Source: Magnetospirillum sp. (lineage in GTDB: Bacteria; Pseudomonadota; Alphaproteobacteria; Rhodospirillales; Magnetospirillaceae). From it: a DNA stretch of 57,999 nucleotides. Positions within the stretch are counted from its first letter, which is position 1; the number at the start of each line of letters is the position of its first letter. The stretch is taken from assembly GCA_035298685.1 (NCBI GenBank), contig DATGXU010000244.1, positions 1-57,999 on the forward strand. Reading direction: 5' to 3'. The position numbers and the translations under genes are program-made. Under the pieces are notes generated by a model. It saw nothing but the letters and a program-made list of their open reading frames with translations, was not told where the DNA came from and did not search any database. Below are positions 39,885-49,686 of the stretch, one piece after another.

Positions 39885-40571
39885 ATGATAACATCTGTCA
39901 TTCGCACTGTCTTGCCGTGGATCTTGCGCATAGCCGCCCCCAAGAAACATGCACGGATGCTTGGCCAAGCCCTAGGCATTTCTGCATTTTTCACCCTTTC
40001 AACGCATGCAGATGCGCTTGCCAGAGACAACCGGACACACTGGGATTTCACACGGCCAGCTAATTTTTACAAATTGGACGCCAGTAAAAATAAGAAAATA
40101 TGCGGGAGCGTTCTTCGCGCCCTAAATACACCAGCTAATGCGAAAAACGTCAGAGACGAAATGTGGATGATAAGACATTCACGCGTACTCCTATCAAACC
40201 CCCTTGAAATTAACTGGAACAGCATAGATACCCATGATGATGAACACGTCACAGAAGAGTCTAACATTAACATTCAAGGGAACAATTTGTTGGTGCGTAG
40301 AGACACAGGCTATCTCGGCGGACTACCCTCACAATCCATTAGTTTCGCAGGTGAAGACGCCAGTTATGACCAGCTTAGAACCATGATTCAACGCGAGCTC
40401 TCATGTTTCGGAGCCTGCAGTCAAACAATAATTATCCTGGATAACAAGGCATTAATTGCAGCGGTAAAGAACTACGATCGGAAGGCAAGGGTAAAAGTTG
40501 CCTCACTGCCCAACCTTAAAATTTTATGTAATTTCTCGGCAAAGCGCCGCTTTAATACCATACAATATTGA
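39885..40571 (+). CDS. Hypothetical exported protein (candidate immunity protein)
   Basis: AT-rich ORF with a signal-like segment ending ADALA and several Cys; 11 nt upstream of the lysozyme-RTX gene. Confidence 0.6.
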   Translation: MITSVIRTVLPWILRIAAPKKHARMLGQALGISAFFTLSTHADALARDNRTHWDFTRPANFYKLDASKNKKICGSVLRALNTPANAKNVRDEMWMIRHSRVLLSNPLEINWNSIDTHDDEHVTEESNINIQGNNLLVRRDTGYLGGLPSQSISFAGEDASYDQLRTMIQRELSCFGACSQTIIILDNKALIAAVKNYDRKARVKVASLPNLKILCNFSAKRRFNTIQY

Positions 40572-40582
40572 AGGAGTTCATC

Positions 40583-42481
40583 ATGTCAATTTCCGGCCTG
40601 CATAATAATTGGGAGCATGGGAGCTACCGAGAAGACAGAAATTACTTTCTCAAAAAAAGAGAGAACCCTGACCTGATGACCGACCAAGCCGGAGGATCGG
40701 AGTACGTCCACATTGCAGGTGGCAATTCCACAAGTGCTAATCCCACAATTGGTTATGGATTTGATTTTACAGAAAACAGCTTTGACAGCGTTAGAATGGG
40801 CATTCTCCATGCTCTAGGACTCAATGCAGATATGTCGATTGAACAGGTCCGTCGCTCAGGTCGGGCGGACCTGGCTGACGCGCTTGAGGAAATTCGCAAA
40901 TGGAAATATCAGGAAAAAATTCGCGGTAAATTAGTAATCTCCACTCAAACCCTGATTAATGATCTTGGCGCGGGAGGAGGGAGGCTAGCGCAGGCCATCA
41001 AAATGACCGATCAAAAAGCAACTAGATTGCTTGACGCCATACTTGATGGCGGGCCATGGCCACATAGTCGAGAGGATCTATTATCGCGAAGAATTGGGAT
41101 TAATCTCCCGCAATCTCGTGAACGAGTCGCTCTCGTGTCGCTGTTCTTCAACGGCGGCAATGCAGTTGTTGGTCCAGGTCTGGTTGCTGCCTTAAAAATA
41201 GCCGACCCGCTGAAGTCCAGGTCAGAATCTTGGTGTCAAATCAGGTTTGTCCACGACAATAAGCTCACTTTAAGAAGAAATAAAGAATCTGACACTTTCG
41301 GCTTTGTGCCGACCGGTGCGGATGCACTTATTACCGCCAAGTGCCTATCTCACGTATTCAATGGGAAATTCTCCGGTGGCGACCTTTCCAGCAAGAGAAT
41401 TTACGATTCCATTTACGGCAGGGCCGGCGCAACCAGGGTAACAGAGGGTTTGTCGCAATATTTGCAAACCGTCCAAAACAAATACACCCAAGGTGCCACT
41501 CTAGCGGCTGTGCTGGTCGATGACGATGGTCATAGTGGCGTTGTGAAAATGGAAAATTCTAGAAAATTTGGAAGTGGCAGCATTCTTATAATGGCTGAGG
41601 ATGGAAATGATGAAATTTCATATTATGTAGGCCGCAACAATTATATCGATGGGGGTGATGGCATCGATGTTGTAAGCTATAAAACTGCAAAGAATATAAG
41701 CATCGATACGAGCGGACTTTTAGGCTCGAATCCACATCTGATCGTTAAGCATGACAAGGTTCAGGATAACCTCACCAACGTCGAAAAGATCGTCACAACC
41801 AACAAGGCAGAAGTTTTTCATCTGCGAGGCCTGAATACAGACCAACCCGGGAAGGTCGGCTTTGACACTGCTGGCGGTACAGATGTCATTTGGTGCGGAG
41901 ATGGCCGATATACCGTCAATGGCGGCGATCAAAATGATTTGTATATTATAGAAAGCAATGCAACCAATACAGAAATAGAGTTCGAATTCTCCGGGAACTT
42001 CGGGCGCGACGTGATTAGATCTGGATTAGGCCTATATGATTTGCAGTGCATCAATAATGTCAAATTTGCCGATTTGAACCGCGGTGACGTCAATGTAATA
42101 GCGTACGGAGAGGAACTTTATGGCTCTGGAGATGTTGGATATGGAGCGGTCGTGATAGATGCTGGCTCGAATAGTGTTGCGACAAGTTTTGGCGAAAATA
42201 TAAATAACATCATATTTGCAGATGGCTCGTCGTTCACACTTAGTGAAATTGCAGAAAGTGCCGACATAAAGCACATACTGCACTGGAGCCTTTCGAATGG
42301 TGTCAACGAAGCCGAAGTTGCAAGAATCGACAGAGATATGCAGAAGTATTATAATGCATCGCACCTTGTGGATTCGGTCAAGACAAAGACTGGCGGCCAT
42401 GCATTCGCAGCGATGTCTGCGGACTCGAGCAGCATATCCGCGCTAAACCCGGCGGGCCAAAACTGGATAGCGGCCACTTAA
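40583..42481 (+). CDS. Lysozyme-like (GH24/pesticin-type) domain fused to RTX-like Ca-binding repeats
   Basis: PTIGYGFD, ERVALVSLFFNGG, RRNKESDTF; C-terminal GNDEI, IDGGDGIDVVSY, GGTDVI, NGGDQNDLY, FGRDVI, IIFADG; AAGGAG RBS. Confidence 0.7.
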   Translation: MSISGLHNNWEHGSYREDRNYFLKKRENPDLMTDQAGGSEYVHIAGGNSTSANPTIGYGFDFTENSFDSVRMGILHALGLNADMSIEQVRRSGRADLADALEEIRKWKYQEKIRGKLVISTQTLINDLGAGGGRLAQAIKMTDQKATRLLDAILDGGPWPHSREDLLSRRIGINLPQSRERVALVSLFFNGGNAVVGPGLVAALKIADPLKSRSESWCQIRFVHDNKLTLRRNKESDTFGFVPTGADALITAKCLSHVFNGKFSGGDLSSKRIYDSIYGRAGATRVTEGLSQYLQTVQNKYTQGATLAAVLVDDDGHSGVVKMENSRKFGSGSILIMAEDGNDEISYYVGRNNYIDGGDGIDVVSYKTAKNISIDTSGLLGSNPHLIVKHDKVQDNLTNVEKIVTTNKAEVFHLRGLNTDQPGKVGFDTAGGTDVIWCGDGRYTVNGGDQNDLYIIESNATNTEIEFEFSGNFGRDVIRSGLGLYDLQCINNVKFADLNRGDVNVIAYGEELYGSGDVGYGAVVIDAGSNSVATSFGENINNIIFADGSSFTLSEIAESADIKHILHWSLSNGVNEAEVARIDRDMQKYYNASHLVDSVKTKTGGHAFAAMSADSSSISALNPAGQNWIAAT

Positions 42482-42482
42482 G

Positions 42483-43667
42483 GTGGCATTTCGCCCACGT
42501 GTACTGATGGCTTGGGAGTTGGGGGCGGGCCGAGGGCACTTGTCCCGCCTTGTCCCGCTCGCCAAGGAGCTGGAAAACCGGGGCGCCGGCGTAGTTCTGG
42601 CGGTTCGGGATGTACCTGGGGCACGCGAAGAACTGCAGAACGGGGCGTTAGGTGACGGTGAACATCAAATCGCCGTGATCCAGGCCCCCCTTGTACAGCC
42701 GAAAGCGTTGCCGCTCTCGAATATCGCACCGTCGTTAGCTCATGCGCTGTGTCGGTTCGGCTACGCTGATCCCGACGCTCTATTCCCTGCCGTAAAGGCA
42801 TGGCACTCATTGGTGCGACGCCTCAACCCGTCGCTGGTGGTGCTCGACAGCGCCCCCACGGCGGGTTTGGTTTGTCGCGGCAGGTTTCCGACAGTGAGTG
42901 TGGGAAACGGCTGGACATTGCCGCCCTCAGGACCTTTGCCGCCACTTGTTCACAACGGCGATCCCGCCGAGCCTGAACAAGCAATCCTTTCAGCCGTGGC
43001 CCTGATGACTTCGAACAATGGCTTCCGCCAACCGCATTCGCTGAGCGATCTGATGCGTGGTGACGAAAGCCTGATATATACGCTCCCGGAGCTTGACCCC
43101 TATCGACCCTGGCGGGATTCGCCGGTTTTTCGCCCCTATAATGTGCCGCTAGTGAAAACCTCAGCCGCTTCTCGACATGAAATATTCGTCTATCTGCCCG
43201 CGCATCATCCCAGTGCGTCACAGGTAGTCGGGTGCTTATCGACGACCAAAATTCCCGCACGGGTTTGGTGTGGAGGCCTTGCTAGCCTTGCCGTTGTGAA
43301 GAATGTCAAACTCCTCTCGCAGCCTGCCGATATGTCCGATGCGCTTCAGCGGTCAAAATTGATCATCCACCATGGCGGTCTTGGAACGGCAGCAGCGGCA
43401 CTCATGGCCGGGGTGCCGCAAATCTCAATCCCTATCCACCTTGAGCACAAGCTTACGTCAAAAAGCATAATTGCTCTGGGGGTTGGCGGCGTAATGCCTT
43501 CCCTGCAATTCGACATCCAAAGTCTGCGTCAATTGATTTTGGCGTTCTTAACGCCAGAACTTACCGCACGTGCCCTCGCCGTCGCGCAGATTGCTCGAAC
43601 TTGTCCGGACGGCAATGGGGTGGGTGGGCTTGCAGACAGATGCGTAAGCGTTATGACAAGGCGGTAA
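42483..43667 (+). CDS. GT-B fold glycosyltransferase (GT1/GT28-like)
   Basis: WELGAGRGH N-terminal motif; IIHHGGLGT...AGVPQ...HLEH nucleotide-sugar-binding motif. Confidence 0.85.
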   Translation: MAFRPRVLMAWELGAGRGHLSRLVPLAKELENRGAGVVLAVRDVPGAREELQNGALGDGEHQIAVIQAPLVQPKALPLSNIAPSLAHALCRFGYADPDALFPAVKAWHSLVRRLNPSLVVLDSAPTAGLVCRGRFPTVSVGNGWTLPPSGPLPPLVHNGDPAEPEQAILSAVALMTSNNGFRQPHSLSDLMRGDESLIYTLPELDPYRPWRDSPVFRPYNVPLVKTSAASRHEIFVYLPAHHPSASQVVGCLSTTKIPARVWCGGLASLAVVKNVKLLSQPADMSDALQRSKLIIHHGGLGTAAAALMAGVPQISIPIHLEHKLTSKSIIALGVGGVMPSLQFDIQSLRQLILAFLTPELTARALAVAQIARTCPDGNGVGGLADRCVSVMTRR

Positions 43668-43712
43668 TTTCTGATCTACCTCCGACAGAACTCCGGGCGT
43701 CAGATGCTATAT

Positions 43713-44693
43713 CTATTTGCGCTCATTGAGTGCCTTATCGAGCTCGCTGTCGCCGATCCGCGCATATTGCATGCTGTAGGAGGCGTTGCGGTGCCCAAGC
43801 TGGCGCTGTACGGCGGCAACGTTGCCCGTGGCATCCATGATGTGCTTGCCCATGGCATGGCGGGCACTGTGCGGGGTTTTGCCCACTACGCCGGCTTGCC
43901 GGCAGACTGCATTCCAGATGTCGTTCACCATGCGAGCGGAAAGCCGCCCGGTGGAATTGTGGGCGACACTGGTCGGGAGGAACGCGGCCGGGCTATCTCC
44001 ATAGTGTTCCGCATCCTTGGGCCGCTCGTGGCTGAGGTAATCGCGGATGGCGGATAGCCCCTCCTTTGAGATTTTATAGCGGTGCCGCACCCCGCCTTTC
44101 TCCTCGACGGTGATTGCCGAGCCGGCAAAGTCGATATCGGCGAGGTTAATGGCGACGACGGCCGCGCGGCGCATGCCGGTTTCCAGCAACGTATAGACGA
44201 TGGCACGGTTTCGCCATGGGCGCGCCCATGCACTTGCCGGCCGCTGTGCCCCGCGAAAGCGGCTCCGATCCTTCCGCACGTCGCTTTGGTGCAGTAAGTC
44301 GGCGGCATCCAAAATGCGCGCCCGCTCCTGGGCTGTTACCGCCCGTTCGACATCCAGGGGCAAGGACACGGGAATTTGCCGGATGTCGGCCATAGGATTG
44401 CCGAGAGCAAAGGGTGCGAGGTTGTGAACCCATTTGGCAAAGGTCTTGGCCGTGGCAATAACACGATTGACCGACTTGTCTTGCCAACGTCGGACACCGG
44501 GCGCGCGTTCGGCCTTGCGCAGCGCGTCCACAAACGCCTTGGACGCGCGAGGCGTCCAGGCGTCCCGCCTGTCGCTGCCGCTGAATTGCATGAGGAAGAC
44601 GATCAGGTGCCCCAGGTCGCGGGCCTGGGCTTTTCGCGAGGCGGGGGCCGTTGTACAACCGTGCTGGAAGAAGGCCCGCGCCCATTCGCTCAA
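43713..44693 (-). CDS. Tyrosine recombinase (Xer/resolvase-like)
   Basis: LLETGMRR, EKGG, HSARH, LGH...Y catalytic residues; start uncertain (TTG). Confidence 0.88.
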   Translation of the reverse strand: MSEWARAFFQHGCTTAPASRKAQARDLGHLIVFLMQFSGSDRRDAWTPRASKAFVDALRKAERAPGVRRWQDKSVNRVIATAKTFAKWVHNLAPFALGNPMADIRQIPVSLPLDVERAVTAQERARILDAADLLHQSDVRKDRSRFRGAQRPASAWARPWRNRAIVYTLLETGMRRAAVVAINLADIDFAGSAITVEEKGGVRHRYKISKEGLSAIRDYLSHERPKDAEHYGDSPAAFLPTSVAHNSTGRLSARMVNDIWNAVCRQAGVVGKTPHSARHAMGKHIMDATGNVAAVQRQLGHRNASYSMQYARIGDSELDKALNERK

Positions 44694-44810
44694 CGTATCC
44701 GCCGGCCCGCCAATGGATGGAATAGGGGCAGGGAAATTGTTACGTGAGGCGAGTTGTAGGGTTCAGAGGGTTGGTTTTGGCATAGAAAATGGTTGATTAA
44801 GTAATGACTG

Positions 44811-44838
44811 ACTTCACATAAGGTATCTTATGTGAGAT
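44811..44838. other. dif/Xer-like recombination site upstream of the recombinase
   Basis: ACTTCACATAA-GGTATC-TTATGTGAGAT, 11-6-11 palindromic layout. Confidence 0.7.
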
Positions 44839-44971
44839 CAATTACTTTAAGAAATCAGGGCCACGACAAAGCGTGTCGCCCTGGCCCTACACCACTGGTG
44901 CATCTTGCCGGGTCTTCATGATTGCAAGCACAATAATAATAACAAATAACATCGTCAATGTAAATACTACA

Positions 44972-47941
44972 TTACATCTCCCCTAGTTTTGACATAACTT
45001 TTGCATATCCTCCGCGCCACCGATAGTCACGGCACAAATTATTATTCATATGCATTATTGCCGACATGGCCTTTCTTTTATCCGTTTCAAGGAGACTTCC
45101 AAACTCCTTTCTCGCATCGCCTGAAGTTGAGCAATAAACGTATTTGAGCCAATTATCCATGTCCCAAGGAGAGACTTTAATCCCTAGAGAGTACCAAGCC
45201 GCTGCCAGAGCATGATCTCCCTCAACATCCCCCCTCTCCTCAAACCACTTCGGCGAAATCGCCATGCAGACCTCGCGATCATGTTGTATCGCGCGCTCCA
45301 GCCACCCATCGATTGCGTCGCGAAGTTTGGGACGGGAGGTCCTCACGCGTGATAATATTGATGCATGCAATTTCAACTCATCGCACACAGATATACTTGA
45401 AACACATCCGAGCTCCCCCATGATCAAATCAGCAATTCTTTCTTTTTCCTTATCATTTCTAACCGCAATAAACTCCACGCACCTCAAGAAGCTATCAATA
45501 TACTTTCTATCAATCACAGAGCCTTGCGACATGGAAAATAATTTTTCGGCCCTAGAAAGGATATAGTCCGACCGGAGAATGCTGCGCTTTAACAGCTTAC
45601 CAAACTCAAATATCTCCCACCCCAAACAATCCAGATGTGCATATATAACAGAAATAAGATCGCTAGCCTCTTCAATTAAATTGACCACACCCCTCCTTTC
45701 ACGATACAAGAGCGATTCGTCAATTTTCAACATCGTGACAAGGTGATGTACTGCTTCATGAATTGCTTCAAGCGCGCCCCCACTTGGTATGGTGCACCAA
45801 GTCTCGTTGCCGCTGTAAAGAAATGCCACTTTTGCCTTTGCCGCCAACAAATGCATCTCGATGCGTTTTTGAGGCGCCAGCGAATCAACTTCGTCACAAT
45901 ATTTTTTGCGAAGCGGCATTATCCATACGTCAGATGCGTTGACTAGAACACCCCGCCCTTCCAGCCGTTTAAACATCGCCCCAACATCGCTAACGCGGGG
46001 GAGCGCCTGAGCCGCTTCCAAAAATGAGAATCCAAATCTAAAAATAGAAAGCTGCCAAATGAAAGATCTGTCCGCACAAATATTATCTAATACCGCATCA
46101 TTATCGCTATTGCTCTCATAGTCCGACACAACGACAAATCGCGATGTAAGTATACCATTGCCTGCGCGACAGGTCAAAACGCCCACCGCAGAACCAATGT
46201 TAGATAATATTGAAATTATATTTCTCCACCTTTGATGTTCCACGCTGTCGGTCAGGGCATCACAACGATATAGATCGATTATGTGTCGAGGGAGAATAAG
46301 TACGAACACATCGGGAGCGCGAAATGCTGGCGCACCAGGCAAAAATTCACCTTGTCTGAAAATGTTTTTTGCCACCTCGATCTTTTTGTCGATATTTGCA
46401 GCACATGTTATCCTATCCAAAAGATGCCACGGCGCGCCACAAACTTCGGATAAGATGCCGAGCAATTGATTTTCGCTTTCGCTCTCGACAACCCGTATAT
46501 ATGCAACAGAAAGACTTGGCGCAGTTTCCTGCAGAGAATTCCGGACCTCTCCATTAATATAATTAAATAGTCCCACCACGCCCCTTATATCAACTCCATC
46601 CAATACCAATAATTTCTCACTACGGCCTTTAATTTCTGCTAAAGCCGCACTTAGATAGATCGACCAATCTCCAGACGCCGCGAATTTTAAAATGTCGTAG
46701 CAACGTACAAATTTCATTTTCCGCCATTGCCGGCGAAAAGCGTAATCGGCCGCACGAGAGAGGGTGTCGCAAAACACTACATTATCGCAATTAACGCCAT
46801 AGGCAGACGGCGGCAGCAGCACCGATTCAAATAGTTTTGCCGAATTCACCCAAGCTAATTTTTCGTTAATTCCAGCGACACCGATTATTATTCTATCCTG
46901 AGAGAGGTTTTCATCATCAATAATACCGCTTGAAACTGACGCCAGTGGGTAGTGAAGGCCATTAATTTTTGAAAAAATGCCTAAGGCCAGAGGAAGCTCT
47001 GCACTTCGTCCCTCAACTTGAAAGGAGATCTGCTCCCCCATTTCCACCGTAGAGAATTCTTGTAAAATCGCTTCAACTGGAGCCGTGTCGATTGAGACAC
47101 CTCTTTCAATAAAAATGTTCCTATTAAAGTTATCATCTTCCAGCAGAGTTAAGTCCCGTGCGGCTCGGAGAGCTATGTCAACACTTTTTTGCCACTTCAG
47201 GCTAATAAAATTCCTTTTTACTTCCGCTTCACCGGTACCCACCTCAGATTTATTGGGCATGATTAATAAAGGAAGGGAAATCCCACTTACACTCGCTGCA
47301 CTCCCCTCAACCACAAGAAGTGGCCAGAAAAAAATAGAGTCAAGAATAAATGGATAGACTTTTTCCCAACCAATTATATATTCTCCATTTTTCTTGGACT
47401 CGTAAAACTTAGAATTCACCAATGATAATGCGTGAATTTTTTTATATGCGTCTCCAGGATATTCTCTAAATATAGAGAGAGAAGTAGCAAGGGCATTTAT
47501 AAAGGCACTTCTTGTGGCAGGGAAACGCCTCGGCCGAGACTTTCCCTCGCACAGCCAGTACTCTAGGTGAATGATGTCATCAATAGTCGCATGCGAATTA
47601 ATAACATATGTTGATATTATTTTCGATATCCTTTCTCTCGACCGCACTCTTGAGCCTTCATCCCTCATTTTCTCAAGGTGATCTTTTGCGTTTTTCCGCA
47701 AATGCTGTAACCTATCTGGAATATTGTTCAGTCCGGACAGTGCGGCGAGAGCATATGCGGAAAGAGACGGGACGCCACGCCGGCCTTTTCCACTGCTTTT
47801 GTCTTTTAGATACCGATATTTAGACTGTAACCAATCGGCTGCAATCCAGTATTCAACGCTATCATCCTGGAAATTATTCATAATCCACGCCGCAATTGCC
47901 GTTGCGTGCGCGAATTTCCAAGACTTAAACTCTGTGAACAT
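44972..47941 (-). CDS. Large protein: Lon-type (S16) protease domain, degenerate STAND-like/wHTH region, TPR-like C-terminus
   Basis: VEGRSAELPLALG...SSGII...GVAGINEKL...VLLP (Ser313/Lys361); LSIFRFGF...LEGRGVL...HLLAA...EAVHHL. Confidence 0.7.
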   Translation of the reverse strand: MFTEFKSWKFAHATAIAAWIMNNFQDDSVEYWIAADWLQSKYRYLKDKSSGKGRRGVPSLSAYALAALSGLNNIPDRLQHLRKNAKDHLEKMRDEGSRVRSRERISKIISTYVINSHATIDDIIHLEYWLCEGKSRPRRFPATRSAFINALATSLSIFREYPGDAYKKIHALSLVNSKFYESKKNGEYIIGWEKVYPFILDSIFFWPLLVVEGSAASVSGISLPLLIMPNKSEVGTGEAEVKRNFISLKWQKSVDIALRAARDLTLLEDDNFNRNIFIERGVSIDTAPVEAILQEFSTVEMGEQISFQVEGRSAELPLALGIFSKINGLHYPLASVSSGIIDDENLSQDRIIIGVAGINEKLAWVNSAKLFESVLLPPSAYGVNCDNVVFCDTLSRAADYAFRRQWRKMKFVRCYDILKFAASGDWSIYLSAALAEIKGRSEKLLVLDGVDIRGVVGLFNYINGEVRNSLQETAPSLSVAYIRVVESESENQLLGILSEVCGAPWHLLDRITCAANIDKKIEVAKNIFRQGEFLPGAPAFRAPDVFVLILPRHIIDLYRCDALTDSVEHQRWRNIISILSNIGSAVGVLTCRAGNGILTSRFVVVSDYESNSDNDAVLDNICADRSFIWQLSIFRFGFSFLEAAQALPRVSDVGAMFKRLEGRGVLVNASDVWIMPLRKKYCDEVDSLAPQKRIEMHLLAAKAKVAFLYSGNETWCTIPSGGALEAIHEAVHHLVTMLKIDESLLYRERRGVVNLIEEASDLISVIYAHLDCLGWEIFEFGKLLKRSILRSDYILSRAEKLFSMSQGSVIDRKYIDSFLRCVEFIAVRNDKEKERIADLIMGELGCVSSISVCDELKLHASILSRVRTSRPKLRDAIDGWLERAIQHDREVCMAISPKWFEERGDVEGDHALAAAWYSLGIKVSPWDMDNWLKYVYCSTSGDARKEFGSLLETDKRKAMSAIMHMNNNLCRDYRWRGGYAKVMSKLGEM

Positions 47942-47950
47942 TTCACAATC

Positions 47951-48607
47951 CTATATGAATTTCGGGCCACGCTCTAATAGTTCAGAGACAAAATCCCTGT
48001 AAGGAAGGTTTACGCACAATACTGAATCGCGCCCATATTTTTCGAGTTTGATTTCCCTGTTATTTATTATAAGAATCTTCCAATCATCATCAAACACTCC
48101 TTCGAGGATGCATTTATCGTCTATTTTCTTTACAGAATAATGCCTTCCGTTTGCAGAGAACCTGCGCACAATTTTTCGTATTTTTTCTGTACCATCATTT
48201 TTATCGGAAGCCGCCAAACACGCAGGTTGGTTGCTAACCATTCGAGCGTACAACCCACAATCAATGTACGCTTTGGCAAAATTTGCCACAGATCGAATGG
48301 CCGTCTGAACGAGAGGAAAATCAACATTGTCCAGATAAATCTCATCATTACTAAATTTAACGCTATATATCTTCATCAAATTACGAAAAGCATGCTCATC
48401 AACGTTTATTCCGCACGCATAAGCTTCACGAGCAGCAACGCCTTGGTCCGAAACGACGGCATATCCATCACGTACAGAAATATGGACGATCACCAACGCT
48501 CCGGATGGAAACACGCATGATGTCCGTACGAAGACCCCATCACCCGCGTCAGAACAACGCGTCAAATCTAAAATCATATCGCAGATGTTTTTTGCATTTT
48601 CATTCAT
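47951..48607 (-). CDS. Hypothetical protein, DUF1828-like N-terminus
   Basis: VRTSCVFPSGALVIVHI...VVSDQG pattern; ATGA overlap with the upstream gene. Confidence 0.6.
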   Translation of the reverse strand: MNENAKNICDMILDLTRCSDAGDGVFVRTSCVFPSGALVIVHISVRDGYAVVSDQGVAAREAYACGINVDEHAFRNLMKIYSVKFSNDEIYLDNVDFPLVQTAIRSVANFAKAYIDCGLYARMVSNQPACLAASDKNDGTEKIRKIVRRFSANGRHYSVKKIDDKCILEGVFDDDWKILIINNREIKLEKYGRDSVLCVNLPYRDFVSELLERGPKFI

Positions 48608-49158
48608 AGGAAATGCGCCTCTTTCTCGGAGACTGGCGAATGTATGGTTGCGATTATATTTGTTTTCTTAAAAAACCAGCGCATTACGTTATTCCAGTTC
48701 CACTCTTCATTGTTAGGCAGGGGAGGAAGAGGGCGAGCAAACCTCAGTATTTCCTCTTCAAAGAAGACTTCGTTGTTATCTTCCCACCTAAAGAAATGCG
48801 GCCCTGAAATTATACCTAAGTCAATCCCTGGTGGAGCTTTAGGCTTGGGTGGCAACTGAGGCCTGTTCTCGTGTTCAGCATTTCGCCATGTATTGACTAT
48901 CCAAAATGTTTTAAACGGGCGAAAGTTTTTCCAATCCACTATGGAAAATGAAAACTCTTTGATATCACTTGAACTCCCACCCCTTGGAATTATCTCAACA
49001 TATGTTAGATTAGATGAATTATTCTCAACATCCACAGGAAAGGTTCGAGAAATATATTTTGTATCCATGGCCCTTCCACTCCATGGGTAATTTTTTTTGA
49101 GATATTTTTTATCTTCCTTAAAAAAGTAATCAAGATAGTCCTTACTTATATTAGGCAC
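48604..49158 (-). CDS. Hypothetical protein (DUF6978-like)
   Basis: HENRP...ISGPHFFRWEDN...WFFKKTNI pattern; GTG start with RBS; AT-rich. Confidence 0.55.
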   Translation of the reverse strand: MPNISKDYLDYFFKEDKKYLKKNYPWSGRAMDTKYISRTFPVDVENNSSNLTYVEIIPRGGSSSDIKEFSFSIVDWKNFRPFKTFWIVNTWRNAEHENRPQLPPKPKAPPGIDLGIISGPHFFRWEDNNEVFFEEEILRFARPLPPLPNNEEWNWNNVMRWFFKKTNIIATIHSPVSEKEAHFL

Positions 49159-49686
49159 CTTGCCCCCCTTCTGCTATTTAGGAGAGTATATTAAATTAAA
49201 ATTTGTTTTTCAATCGCTCGCAGCAAGAGGACAAGGTTAGAAAGTATTCGCCCCCCTGTTCCCGATCCAAGGCTTGATCATGCGCTTTTTCGATAAATGC
49301 GCAGATTCAATGAGTTATGTGAGCCAGATCCAGATGTAAGCCGGGCAAAAGTCCGGGCACTCAGATGCGCAATTTTGCCGTCGCCCGTTGTGCGTCCTTC
49401 GAGACGGCCCCTGCGGAGCCTCCTCAGGATAGGGAGCCGTAGCGACCGGGGCGTCAGCCCCCGGCTTTCCTGCGGATGCAGGTGGTCATCATCAATCTTC
49501 GGTATGGTTTGGTGTGCGACACGTAACTGGACCAAAGCAAGCCCGCTCCAGCTTGGGATTGTCGTACATCCATGTAGCGGAAACTTTCCAAAAGTCATGG
49601 TGACACAAGCACTTAGCCGGCTTACGCTCGGCCCATGTTCAGCGCGCAAAGGACAATCCACCGTCCTTCCGCACGAAGGTGTAGGC

